From assembly GCF_000315625.1 (NCBI RefSeq), contig NW_005434670.1, forward strand, positions 144,237 to 208,236: DNA of 64,000 bases, read 5' to 3'. The DNA is from Guillardia theta CCMP2712 (lineage: Eukaryota; Protista; Cryptophyta). The position numbers and the translations under genes were made by a program. A model generated the notes under the pieces. The model ran no database searches. It was not told the origin of the DNA and saw nothing but the letters and a program-made list of their open reading frames with translations. Shown in pieces: positions 22,961 through 34,290 of this stretch (its first letter is position 1; every line of letters starts with the position of its first letter).

Positions 22961-24217
22961 ATGAGGCACCCATCCTCTCCAATGAAGAGGGCGTCATCTC
23001 CCATAAGGAAACCAGGTTCTCCTCTGAGAAGAAACGGAGGATCGTCACAGCAGGAGGAGGAGAATGGGGCGGCGTCGTCAGTCTACGGGGACTGGTTCTC
23101 GGCTGTTTCCGGGCAGAAGATGGAGACAGAGGCGGGAAAGAAGAGCACGGAGATCTTTGACATTGACGCGTATTTCGTCAATGCGGAGGAGGACGGAAGG
23201 ACGGGTCACGGCAGCAGCGCTCCCATGCTGTCCAAGGGAGGAGAGGGCCCGTCGACGCTAGGAGCGAACAGGTCTCGACCCTCCTCGCCTCTCCGTCGGG
23301 GGAGGGGAAGGAAAAAGAGCACGGAGATCCCCAGGGTGAACCCCTCGGAGGAGACGACGGACCTGGACAAGTGGCTGAGCGAGCGATGCAGCATGAGCGG
23401 GAAACGATCAGACATGGTGAGGACGGACAAGCTGTACGCTGATTTCCAAATGTATGCCAACCCTCACGGCCTCGAGACTCTGTCGCACGTGGAGTTCAGC
23501 TCGCACATGATCGACAAGGGCTTCAGGAAGGTCAGAGGGAAAGACGGGAGCTGGTCCTTCTCTGGTATCCTCCTCCTTAAGGGATCGCCGAAGAGGGTGG
23601 TCGATGACGCAGGAGGAGGAGGAGGAGGAGGAGGAGGAGGAGGAGGAGGAGGAGGAGGAGGATCACCGATGCAGTCGAGGTCCTCTAAGGCTCCTCAGCG
23701 CTCCTCTCCTCTTAGTACACCTCGGGACAAGCCCATGAGCCCCATGAGAGCGAGCATGTCGCCCGATCGAGCGCTCCCAGTCATGCCTGGGCTGTCTCTT
23801 GCTCCTGATCTCCGAGAGGCAATCTCTCGTTCCTCCTCCCCCATTCAGAACTCCTCCCCTGCTCGCAAGCTCCCTCCTCCGCTTCGAAACTCCATCGACA
23901 TGCTGGAAACGCGCCCCCTAGGATCGCTCGAGAACTTCGGGAGGGCGATGAACGAGGCGGTGCGGCAGGAGAGGAGCATGTCCGTGCAAGAGGAGCTGAG
24001 GGCACAGGGAAGGATGTCGATAGCAGAGGAGAACAGGAGGGATCTCATGCTGTACATCGAGGATTTCCAGGCGAAGAGGGAGAATGAAGAGCAGATGGCC
24101 AAGATCAGAGAAATGAACATGTGGAAATCACCTTACGAGAACGCGTACTCAGTGTTCCTGTGCCTGTGGCTGGTAAGTTGGATGGTTCTCCATGTCATTG
24201 AGGATTGGAGGGTGTAG
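22961..24217 (+). CDS. Intronless Ser/Pro/Arg-rich protein with an internal winged-helix-like domain and a C-terminal transmembrane helix
   Basis: 418-aa ORF with many SPxR/K sites, a globular segment at 23360-23581 and a hydrophobic tail YSVFLCLWLVSWMVLHVI. Confidence 0.8.
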   Translation: MRHPSSPMKRASSPIRKPGSPLRRNGGSSQQEEENGAASSVYGDWFSAVSGQKMETEAGKKSTEIFDIDAYFVNAEEDGRTGHGSSAPMLSKGGEGPSTLGANRSRPSSPLRRGRGRKKSTEIPRVNPSEETTDLDKWLSERCSMSGKRSDMVRTDKLYADFQMYANPHGLETLSHVEFSSHMIDKGFRKVRGKDGSWSFSGILLLKGSPKRVVDDAGGGGGGGGGGGGGGGGGSPMQSRSSKAPQRSSPLSTPRDKPMSPMRASMSPDRALPVMPGLSLAPDLREAISRSSSPIQNSSPARKLPPPLRNSIDMLETRPLGSLENFGRAMNEAVRQERSMSVQEELRAQGRMSIAEENRRDLMLYIEDFQAKRENEEQMAKIREMNMWKSPYENAYSVFLCLWLVSWMVLHVIEDWRV

Positions 24218-24329
24218 AGGAGGAGGAGAGCGTGTAGAGGAGGAGAATGAGAGGCTGTGGAGGAAGAGGAGGAAGAGAAGGATAGATGTGCTGAGGGAGT
24301 TTGACAGGCTACGGATGACAAGACAGCTA

Positions 24330-26278
24330 TAAGGGCCACGGCCGCGATCTTTTTCTCGGGGATTCAAATGCTGATGACGTTTTTGATCTCGGGGATGTTC
24401 ATGTATGTTCACGATGCTCCTCTCCTCTCCTGTCCTCTCCTCTCCTCTCCTCTCCTCTCCTCTCCTCTTCTCTCCTGTCCTCTCCTCTCCTCTCCTCTCC
24501 TCTCCTCTCCTGTCCTGTCCTGTCCTGTCCTGTCCTCTCCTCTCCTCTCCTCTCCTCTCCTCTCCCTCTCCTCTCCTGTCCTCTCCTCTCCTGTCCTCTC
24601 CTCTCCTGTCCTCTCCTGTCCTCTCCTGTCCTGTCCTGTCCTGTCCTGTCCTGTCCTGTCCTGTCCTCTCCTCTCCTCTCCTCATCCTCTCCTCTCCTCT
24701 CCTCCTCCCCTTTTCACTGACCATAGTCCTTGAAGATTTCATATATATCGAGACGTCGATACAAGATTCAACATCAACAATGTTGTCAACTGCAATGTTC
24801 CCGTCAGTTTGCAAGTTGGTTGTTGTGGCATCTTTCTTTCCTTCATCTTCGCAATAATGGGACAAATCATCACGAGCACCATGATATGCTTCAAGACTAC
24901 TACCCTGCAAATAGACGACAAGGTTGTTGCCTTCTCCTCGCACTTCCCCGATCCCCATTCCTCCTTCCCTCGAGCCCCTCCTCTCCTCTCCTCTCCTCTC
25001 CTCTCCTCCTTACCTCTCCTCTCCTCCTTCTTCTCTCTCACTTCCCTTCTCCCCCTCTCTCTCTTCCATGCCTATCCTTACCTCTCCTTCCTCCTTCTCT
25101 CTCTCAACCAATGCCTTCATCTCTCAGGTCTCAAATATCTGGTGCACAAGGCATGACAGGATGTACTGTTTCTTTTTTGGTGAGAATGCACATGTTCTTC
25201 TGCCATCTTCTCTGCTGTTCTACTGTTCTACATCTTATCTCAGCGACCTTACAGCCATCATCCCCTGGTTCCTCATCTGGATCGTTTCCTTGGTTACAGG
25301 ACTTCTCCGTATCCTCTCCTCGGAGTCTGTTGATGTCATGTAGTACTTACTATTTCCTTCTTTCCTTTCATCTTCCTCCTCCTTCCTCCTTTTCTTCTTG
25401 TTCCTCCTCCTCCTCCTCCTCCTCCTCCTCCTCCTCTTATTACTTCAATTCTGCGCGCGCTCTTCGCTTTTCCCTCCTCTCTCTCCTTTCCCTCTCTTCT
25501 CGGACTACATATTTATCTGCAATTAGATTCACCTCGCTGATCATCATGCTTTTTCTCATACATCTCGACAAATTTGCATACGAGGTGAGTGTCACAACCT
25601 TCCAATCATACCACGATGCTCATCTTGGCGTTTCAGATCATCTTCTCGAAACCGATCAAGAAGAGGGTGCAGAGAACTTTCTTTGATGTGAGACAACGTC
25701 TCATCTGCTTTGCCATCACCTACATCTCTCCAATGATCTACATCTCTTCAATGAACTCCCTTCTTCCTCTCGCACGCTTGTCTTGCATGTGACACAACTT
25801 TCAAGGTCCAAGGACTTGCGTCCGATACAACGTTGATCACACAGCAACCGGAGATGACAAGCATGAGGTGCTGACTTGACAACTTTGCCTGATTGTTCTC
25901 AACCGATCGCAGCACGCAATGCACGCACTACTTGATCGAAAGGATGCAGGCAAGCTGAGGGCTTTTCCTTCCTCCCCTCTCCTACCCCCCTGTCCTTCTC
26001 CTTCCCCTCCTGATTCTCTCCCTCTCTTTCTTCTCCCTCGTCCTCCTTCTCTCCCTCTGCTCCTCCCCTTGCTTTCCTCCCCCCCCTCGTCTTCCTTCCC
26101 GCCCTCTCTTCTCTCCCGAATTGTGTCCTTCTTTCCATCTTCCTCCCCTCCCCTTTGGCCTCCTCCCTCCTCCCCTCCCCCTTCGCATTATGACAAGATC
26201 GCAGATGTACTTCTTCATCCCACTCGTCACACTGCTCACCATCTGTATAGTGTTGGGCGCAAGAGCGCAGACATGTAA
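24330..26278 (+). CDS. Multi-exon uncharacterised multi-pass membrane protein
   Basis: Hydrophobic exons GCCGIFLSFIFAIMGQII, DLTAIIPWFLIWIVSLVTGLL, FTSLIIMLFLIHLDKFAYE, RLICFAITYISPMIYI separated by microsatellite-filled introns; ends uncertain. Confidence 0.55.
24419..24710. repeat. (CTCCT/CTGTC)n pentamer microsatellite, intronic
   Basis: Long pyrimidine pentamer array after the gtatg donor at ~24402 and before the catag acceptor at ~24726. Confidence 0.9.
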
Positions 26279-26757
26279 GACTTCGAAATGATAATTGAGT
26301 GAATAACTATACATCTTCGCCTCCTCCTCCTCTTCCTCTCGCCCCCTTCTCGTTCCCCTCCTGTTTTCTCATGCCCTTGCTTTCCATCATTGTAATCCTT
26401 CTTCCTTTCACAATCAAATTTCATCCACACCTTCGCCTTCTTCCTCCGCTGGTTTCTGAAGAGTTTCCTCCCCATCTGCAGCTTCTTCAGAACGTATTCT
26501 CCTTTTCCCCTCCCCCTCCTCCTTCTTTCTCCTTCATCACGTACTAACACATTGCCTTGCTTTGTCCTCCCCTCCAACTCCCCTCCACTCCTCCACCCAA
26601 CTCCTGCTCCTGCTCCTTCTCTTCCTGCTGCTGCTTTCCTGCTGCTCCTGCTCCCTCTCTTCCTGCTGCTGCTTTCCTGCTGCTCTTGCTCCTGATGCTC
26701 CTCGTTCTCTTTCTCTTGCTCCTGCTCCAGCTCCAGCTCCTGCTCCTTCTGCTCCTT

Positions 26758-26789
<32 letters not shown>

Positions 26790-29272
26790 CCTTCCACATC
26801 GTTTCCTCCACCTCCTCCACTTACCCACGGGGGGTATGTCCACATCCCAACCAGGAATGCCTTCACGGGAGATCTTATCGAGCCAATCGTTAAGGTCCTG
26901 CAACAAGAAGTGAGACGATGTGGAGTCAAAGCTGAAGCTATGGGAGAGGAGGAGAAGGAGGAGGAGGAGGAGGAGGAGGAGGAGGAGGAGCGGCAAGAGC
27001 TTCAGGAGTGGATGTGTAGCAAGAGCATGAGCAGGAGGAGCAGGAGGAGCAGGAGGAGCAGGAGGAGCAGGAGGAGCAGGAGGAGCAGGAGCTGACGCAC
27101 TTTGCCCATGTAGGGATCGTTGGGATTGTTCCTGATGTCAAGAACTGCCTGGACGTCGAAGGGATTCTCTGATAGAGAAAATCAGACGAGCAGGCGAGAG
27201 GAACAAGATGAAAGGAGGAAGATGAAATGGGAGGCAGGTAGTGCAAGAAGATGAGCAAGACGAGAAGGACGAGAAGGACGAGAAGGACGAGAAGGAGGAG
27301 GAGGAGGAGGAGGAGGAGGTCAAGGAGGTCGAGGACGTGGGCGAGGAGGACTAGCAGGAATGGACCTGAGAGTCGATTCAATGCCCTCCATCGGACGGAT
27401 TTTTCAACCAACTCCTCAAGCTCTTCTCGAAGGAGAGGGATGAGCTGAAGCAACTATCATGAACGCGCAGAACTGATGAAGGAGTAGACAAGGTGAAAGG
27501 AAGATGGGGAGGAGAGAGGAGGAAGAGGAGAGGAGGAAGGAGAGGGAAAGAGAGCGGGGGGGTGAGTAGTGGGAAAGTGAGAACAGGGAGTGTGAAGAAA
27601 GATTGAATAAGAGAAAGGTGAACCGTAGTTTTTACCTCCTTATCTTTCTCGTTGACTTCTGTTGAGATGAAGGGAGGGAAATGCGGATACTGCAAGTCGA
27701 ACATTTCACCATGAGACGACAAGTTGGAAAGTAACAAACTTGAGAGTGATTGGCAGGCTCTGCAGAAGTTGTTAGTGTCGTTGGGAGCAGGAACACGTCA
27801 ATATTACTTTCTTCAAACTTCTTGTCCAAAATTCGCTCTGCTTCCGACCGAGCTTCCTACGATGGTTTGTGAGCTGAAAGGAGGGATTGGCACATGCATG
27901 ACAGAGAAAACATTGGAAGAGAAGTCATGGCCGGAAGGCAGGAACAGGCAGACACAACGTACTTCGTACTCTCTCTTCACATTCTCTTCGTTCTCCTCCC
28001 TTATCTTCCTTTTTCGCAAGATTTCCATTGCTTGTTGGAAGTTGTTTGCAAATCCGTCCTTGATCAGCCTACAAAAAGGTTTCATGAGTTGTTTCCTTCC
28101 ACTTCATTCGATCCGCCACATTCATAATGAACCAAATTCATGAGCATCGAACATAAGCAAGCTGTCGTACAAGTACAAGTACAAGTTGTGGTACGAGTAC
28201 GAGTACAGGTACAGGTACAGGTACAAGTACAAGTACAAATGCAAAAGAAAGTCAAGGACCTCTACGTCTCTCATATAAAGCGGCTCAACCTCCTTGACAA
28301 CCCATCACAGCACACAAGCATGACCTCTTGGCTTCTGCTCTGATTGTTTGTTCTTCATGCTCAATCCAATCAGCACTGGACTCAGAGTTGCTCTCTACAG
28401 CCATCCTTCTCTTCTTAGCTGACTTCGAGAACAACCTCTCACTTAATCTTCGTCCCTGAAAATCGCCTCTGTCAGACAAGAATCTTGACAGCAGAAAGGA
28501 AGCATGTACAGTCTGATTCCACATGTCTTTTTCCTCCGGTGAGACAAAAATCCCAGCCTGTTCCCTGTTCTGCATTGAAGATAACTTCCTCCCATGTGCC
28601 AGAACCTCCTGTCGCAGATTTTCGTCTTCTATTTGCTGTAGGCGACGCGATTCAGAAGCAGTATAAAATCATAAGAACGATCAGAAGAGAAAAGACACGA
28701 TCCTCACTCGACATTGAAGTAGTTTCATGACATCATTTCACCTTCTTATGCTTGTAGATCACCTTGACAACTTCTCTATGGCCCTCCAGGTGTGCACTTG
28801 AAAAGTCGTCAGAGGCCACACAGTCGGAACATGTGGGCAGCAAAGAGCCCGACGGCAGAAACCAACATCAACATTTGAACATACAAGAAGAAAACAACCA
28901 GGCAAACAAGGATGTCTTACATCTGCATGGCATTCACATGGTTCTTGTCTATCATCGAAAAATCTGCAAAGAAGTGCAGAAGTTCTTTCACGACTTCTAC
29001 ATGCCCTCGTTGAGCAGCGATGTGTAGAGGCGTTCTGTAAAGGTCGTCTACAACATTCCTCCGAGCTCCGCACCGAATAAGAATATTCACACACTTGGCC
29101 TGGAAGACAAAAGATGTCATCTCCTCCTCCTCGTTCTCCTCCTTGGTCTCCTTTTTTTCTTTTCCTTCCTCCTCCTCCTCCTTCTCCTTCTCCTTCTCCT
29201 TCTCCTTCTCCTCCTCCTCCTCGTCCACCACTACCACCATCACCACCACCTTCTCCTTGTTTTCTTTTCCTT

Positions 29273-29314
<42 letters not shown>

Positions 29315-30173
29315 CTTTCTCCTGCTCCTGCTCCTCCTCCTCCTCCTCCTCCTCCTCCTCGTCCTCCTCATCCTCATCCACCACTACCACCACTACCACC
29401 ACCTTCTCCTTGTTTTCTTTTCCCTGCTCCTGCTCCTCTTTCTCCTGCTCCTCCTCCTCTTCCTGCTCCTTCTGCTCCTGCTCCTACCACTACTACTTCT
29501 TCTTCTTCTTCTTCTTCTACTACTACTACTACTACTCCTACTACTACTTCTTCTTCTACTACTACTACTATTACTACTATTCTTGATTATCATCATTATA
29601 TCTCCATCTCCATCTTCCCCATCGTCCCTATAACAACCTTCTCCTCACCTCTCCCGAGTAAGCCGCCCAGTGCAATGCTGTCCACCCGGAAAATCGTTTT
29701 GTCCTCCTTTCATCCACCATGTCCACGATCGCCCCTGTCCTAATCGCCGCGAGCAGCTCATCCTCCAGCCCGAAGTAGCAAGCCGCCCACATGCGCACGC
29801 ACAGAGCATACACATACGTCCCCGGCACAACGCTGAGCATGTTCAGCCTGTCTTGCACAGCTCGTTGGTAGAGATAGTGCAACGAGTCCTTGACGTCGAT
29901 GTTCGACATCCGGTGGAATTCCTTGAACATGTTGGAGGATTCATCCATGTCCATGAGTTTGGACCCTCTTCCGCTCTCCTCCTTATCCTGCTCCTCTTGT
30001 GAGAGCTGAATGGAGCTAGCCTCCGTCTCAAGCTCCCTCTCGATGTCCCCTAAGTCGACATCCACTCCCAGAGTACCACCGAAGTCGCCATCGCTATCGA
30101 GTCCTCCGCCTCTCATTGCACATCTCAGGCTGAGGAAGAGCAACAGGGTCTTGCATCCGAGGTGTAGCATCAT
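26236..30173 (-). CDS. Ankyrin-repeat protein with an N-terminal hydrophobic leader; multi-exon, 3' extent uncertain
   Basis: Ankyrin motifs GWTALHWAAYSG, KCVNILIRCGA, RTPLHIAAQRGHVEVVKELL. Further minus-strand exons continue to ~26.3 kb. Confidence 0.75.
29118..29600. repeat. Compound intronic microsatellite (TCC, TCCTGC, ACC, TAC, TTC)
   Basis: Lies between ankyrin exons ending at ~29647 and resuming at ~29100. Confidence 0.9.
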
Positions 30174-30210
30174 CCGATGGGTTCAGAGTGGTGGCCTGAG
30201 ATTCATAGAT

Positions 30211-30310
30211 TGAAGTAGACAGACAGGGGCAGCTGTGAAGTAGACAGACAGGGGCAGCTGTGAAGTAGACAGACAGGGGCAGCTGTGAAGTAGACAGACA
30301 GGGGCAGCTG
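30211..30310. repeat. Minisatellite, 4 x 25 bp, perfect
   Basis: tgaagtagacagacaggggcagctg x4. Confidence 0.97.
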
Positions 30311-30311
30311 A

Positions 30312-30911
30312 GAGGTACAAGACTGTGCTAGTGCAAGACGAGAGGAGGGACAAGACTGTGCTAGTGCAAGACGAGAGGAGGGACAAGACTGTGCTAGTGC
30401 AAGACGAGAGGAGGGACAAGACTGTGCTAGTGCAAGACGAGAGGAGGGACAAGACTGTGCTAGTGCAAGACGAGAGGAGGGACAAGACTGTGCTAGTGCA
30501 AGACGAGAGGAGGGACAAGACTGTGCTAGTGCAAGACGAGAGGAGGTACAAGACTGTGCTAGTGCAAGACGAGAGGAGGGACAAGACTGTGCTAGTGCAA
30601 GACGAGAGGAGGTACAAGACTGTGCTAGTGCAAGACGAGAGGAGGTACAAGACTGTGCTAGTGCAAGACGAGAGGAGGGACAAGACTGTGCTAGTGCAAG
30701 ACGAGAGGAGGTACAAGACTGTGCTAGTGCAAGACGAGAGGAGGTACAAGACTGTGCTAGTGCAAGACGAGAGGAGGTACAAGACTGTGCTAGTGCAAGA
30801 CGAGAGGAGGGACAAGACTGTGCTAGTGCAAGACGAGAGGAGGTACAAGACTGTGCTAGTGCAAGACGAGAGGAGGGACAAGACTGTGCTAGTGCAAGAC
30901 GAGAGGAGGGA
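30312..30911. repeat. Minisatellite, ~18 x 33 bp, with one biallelic position
   Basis: Unit (g/t)acaagactgtgctagtgcaagacgagaggagg; units differ only at the G/T site. Confidence 0.97.
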
Positions 30912-32000
30912 GACTATGGCCATGGCGGCGGACAGGAGGAAGACCCCATGCGCCCGCTCCCCAATCCCCCATCACCCCTTTTGACCACAAGTTTGACCGT
31001 CCCGATCGCCGAACTGAGTCAGTGCGCGGCACCGTCCCGGATCCGGTGGCAGCCCAACCGGGCCGTCCCCGCGGCAGTCCGGCCCGGCCCTGAAGCACCG
31101 TCACCCGTGACCGGGCCTGATAGGAGCAAGCTTCACCTCAGACAATGCCAAGTAATCGACGTGGCTCAAGTGCACAGAACGGCTACAATAAGGACGACCG
31201 TAGGAGAATCGGATGATCATGAAGCCTTCAAGACAGCCGCGAAGAACCTAGGACTCGTGGATGGCAGCAGGAGATAAGCGAGTCAGCTTATATCAGTCCA
31301 CGACAGGACAGCAGATGACACGGTGGCAGGATATGGCTACGCTCAAGGGGAGATTGGAACTTAGCCTAGTAATCACCCTCGGAAGTCACTGTGACCGTCA
31401 GTGAGTCATGGGCCGGGACATGGGAGAACAAGGGGTCTGATCAAAGAAGACAGTACTATCATGATCATCTTAGCGGAGGACTTATAAGGAATGCACGAGA
31501 CCACCGGGGGCCTCCCGGCAAGCATGACTCTAGCGGAGACACAGGACCTGTCAAAGTCAAGGGAGCAGCTCAGTATCATACTATGATGGCCCAACTTCAT
31601 CTATACCAATCTCTTATCACCTCCGCTTGTTTTCTGTATCCCGGTGATATCTTTCCCGGAGTCCTGCGCGGCCATTCGTGATAACTATTACCACTGCTAC
31701 AGCCTGGACTCCGGGAACTTTGCAGTCGGTGCTATCCGACTGTCTACTTCGGGTGTCACTGTCACTGTGGCCGTGTCGGACGGTCATCGTCTGTGGAGCC
31801 TGAGAGAAGGTTACTGGGAACTTCAAACATAAGGGGACGATCATAGACTGACGGTCGGACTCGCCGCATGCCAGTCCGCCATGATCGGTATCAGTTTCTC
31901 AGAAAGTTTGCCGACCGTGCAACTTCCTGGCGGTCGGGACGTACGGTTTCAAGTTTCCTTGCTTACTTTTTAGCCGTACACTGGATTAACTCAGTCGTTT

Positions 32001-32183
32001 CTTTACTCAAAGTTAGTTAAAAAGCAGTACGAGGACAATCAGGAGAGACGAGCAGGCTTGACCCCGGCCTGACGGACACTGTCGCCGCCAAACAGCGAGA
32101 AGAGAAAAGACAGCGAGAACCAAACCCAATCCTGCCAAGAGCTGTCCCCAAAACTTAACTGATATCTTCTACCTTTGAGTAAA
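32001..32183. mobile_element. Putative ~183-bp non-autonomous element with terminal inverted repeats
   Basis: Left end tttactcaaagttag matches the reverse complement of the right end, tttactcaaaggtag (14/15). The left end recurs at 8338 and the right subterminal motif recurs at 61278. Confidence 0.55.
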
Positions 32184-33204
32184 AAGAAAAAGTGTGATGC
32201 ATCATGATGCGCCCGGCCATCTGGACCATGGGCCTAGTTATCCTGTAGGACGAGCATCTGATATCGACTGCCTTCCATTGTTTCTGTTTCTGAGTGTTGA
32301 GGCGAGCTTGATATTACAATGACTGTAAAAAGTGTTTTATGTTCCTGTTTTAGTATTTTACAGCCACTGTATCGAATTGGACCCCCATTTTTCACCTGAA
32401 ATGAGCCGGTAAAGAAACGATTTCTTACTTGAAAATACTCATTTTGGACCATGATGACTTTTTAAAAGTGTTTTCAGCTCAAGCGTCGCATCACAGCAGA
32501 TCACGTGATGCTCTGCGCTTTGGGCCAGGAAGATCAACAGCACTGAAAAAGAGTCTTTTCGCTCAATAAGTCCCAAATCTTAATAAAGTTAAAACACTAA
32601 TATATTTAAAAAAAGTTTTCGAAATCATGTTCTGTAAAAAAATTGTAGTAGGGGATCCGCCATAGTACCCCACCTATCCCAAAGAACATTTCTTCAGCAC
32701 CACCTACCCTATCAATGCAAGGCAATCAAAAGACTACCCCTTCAAAGATCCTGTAATGATGGGGAAAAGACCATCATTTGCAAACACAATTTGTACCCCC
32801 ACCCTTCCAACATGTATCTCACATTCCCCCACCCCCCACTGTATTCCCTGAAGGTCGATGGCATTCTCGGGTCTCGGGGTAGGAGCAAGTGGGTGGGGGG
32901 AGGGACGAGGGAGCGAGCAAGGGCAGAGGAGAGGGCCAGGAATGCACAGCGAAGGATGGCAGCAAGACAGCAAACAAGAGCATGTTTCAGCGAATGGCTC
33001 AGCCTGGGTTGTTCGCGGGATCTGGGTAGACGAACAAATTTTTAGCATGAGAGAGAGCGGAGGAAACAGAGTAAAGATTCAGATGTTTGCTACTTGCTAC
33101 CGCATCTTCTTATTTCAATGTTTTGTATCCTGTTATTGACTCTCTTGTGAACAGATCAAATAGGTGCTCTGCTCTGCTCTGCTCTGCTCTGTTCAGACTC
33201 GAAA

Positions 33205-34116
33205 ATGGGTTCGTTTTCTGCAATCGCCGCTGTCCTCGTCATCGTCAACGTCTGTCATGGTTTCGTCCCCACCAGCCTGCCTCTTGCTCAACAACCGATG
33301 CTTGCACGAATCTCAGCGTCCCAGAAACTGCAGAGGAAGGCGAGCCTTGCCATGTCCCCGAACGTGAGAGCAGCTCCTGCGATGAGTTTGTCTCGTTCTG
33401 AGTCCAGCAACATCGTTTCGCCCGTACTTGGCTTCATGAGCAAGTAAGTTGTTGCGGTCGCTCCCTCGCCATGTTGAACTGGCTCGCAGGTTCAAGTCTC
33501 TCTTTGTCAGCTCCTTCCTCCTGTTCGCGCTCATGCTGGGCGCCCCCATGGATGCTGAGGCTCTCACCCAAAAGAAGTCGAAGAGTGGAGGCCGAGTGGG
33601 CGGAGGAAGTTTCCGCAAGAGCTCTCCCGAGCTCTCTCGCCGTGCTGATGCCACTCCTGGTGCCGCTGGTGTTGCCGGTGCTGCTGCTCCTGGAACTGCA
33701 ATGGGGGCCACTGCTGCACACTCGGTGAGACGCACTCTCGCCTCCCCCCCCCCGCCGCGTGTACACCTTGATCTCTCAACGGTCTAACAACGCTCAACGA
33801 TGTCTGACTGACTGTCTGCACAGACTCACACGACCGTGATCGTGGCTCAGCCCTCCCCCTTCGGAGGCTTGTTCTCCCCTTTTGGTGGTTTCTCGCCATT
33901 CGGAGGGTTCGGCTTCTCTCCCTTCGGCATGCCGGTCTTCTCCCCCTTCTCGTTCTCTCCCTTCGGCTTCGGGCTCTTCACTATCCGTCCCATGGTGATG
34001 ATCCTGTCTCTTTTACCGCTTGCTCCAGCTCACCTGTTCCACAGATCGCGCTTGGCACCTTTGCTGCGGTCAGCATGGTCATGTTCATCATGATTTTCTT
34101 CAGCACCCGTCGGTAA
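33205..34116 (+). CDS. Plastid-targeted membrane protein with a FLAP1/DUF1517-like N-terminal SGGRVGGGSFR motif; multi-exon
   Basis: Bipartite leader MGSFSAIAAVLVIVNVCHG-FVP (Phe after the signal peptide) plus a transit-like stretch, a second hydrophobic segment ending AEA, then KSGGRVGGGSFR, FSPFGG repeats and a C-terminal TM helix. Confidence 0.75.
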
Positions 34117-34290
34117 TGTACGTCTTTTTAAGAATAAATCTTCAGATGTAAGGAACCAACAAGTGTTCACTGATGTCAGCAGCCAGGTGTTGCTTACTCT
34201 CTGTCGCTCAGAGTCAGGTCCACTACATCGTCCACATGTTTGTTGATCGCAGTTGGCTGTAGCCCTGTCAAGAGATCAGGACGTCTGCAC

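Noticed and set aside
30211-30911. CRISPR-like array
   Set aside because: Units are head-to-tail with no unique spacers and no cas genes; this is a eukaryotic minisatellite.
30325-30984. 219-aa VLVQDERR(D/Y)KT repeat protein
   Set aside because: The frame is open only because the 33-bp unit lacks stops; there is no ATG start or other coding evidence.
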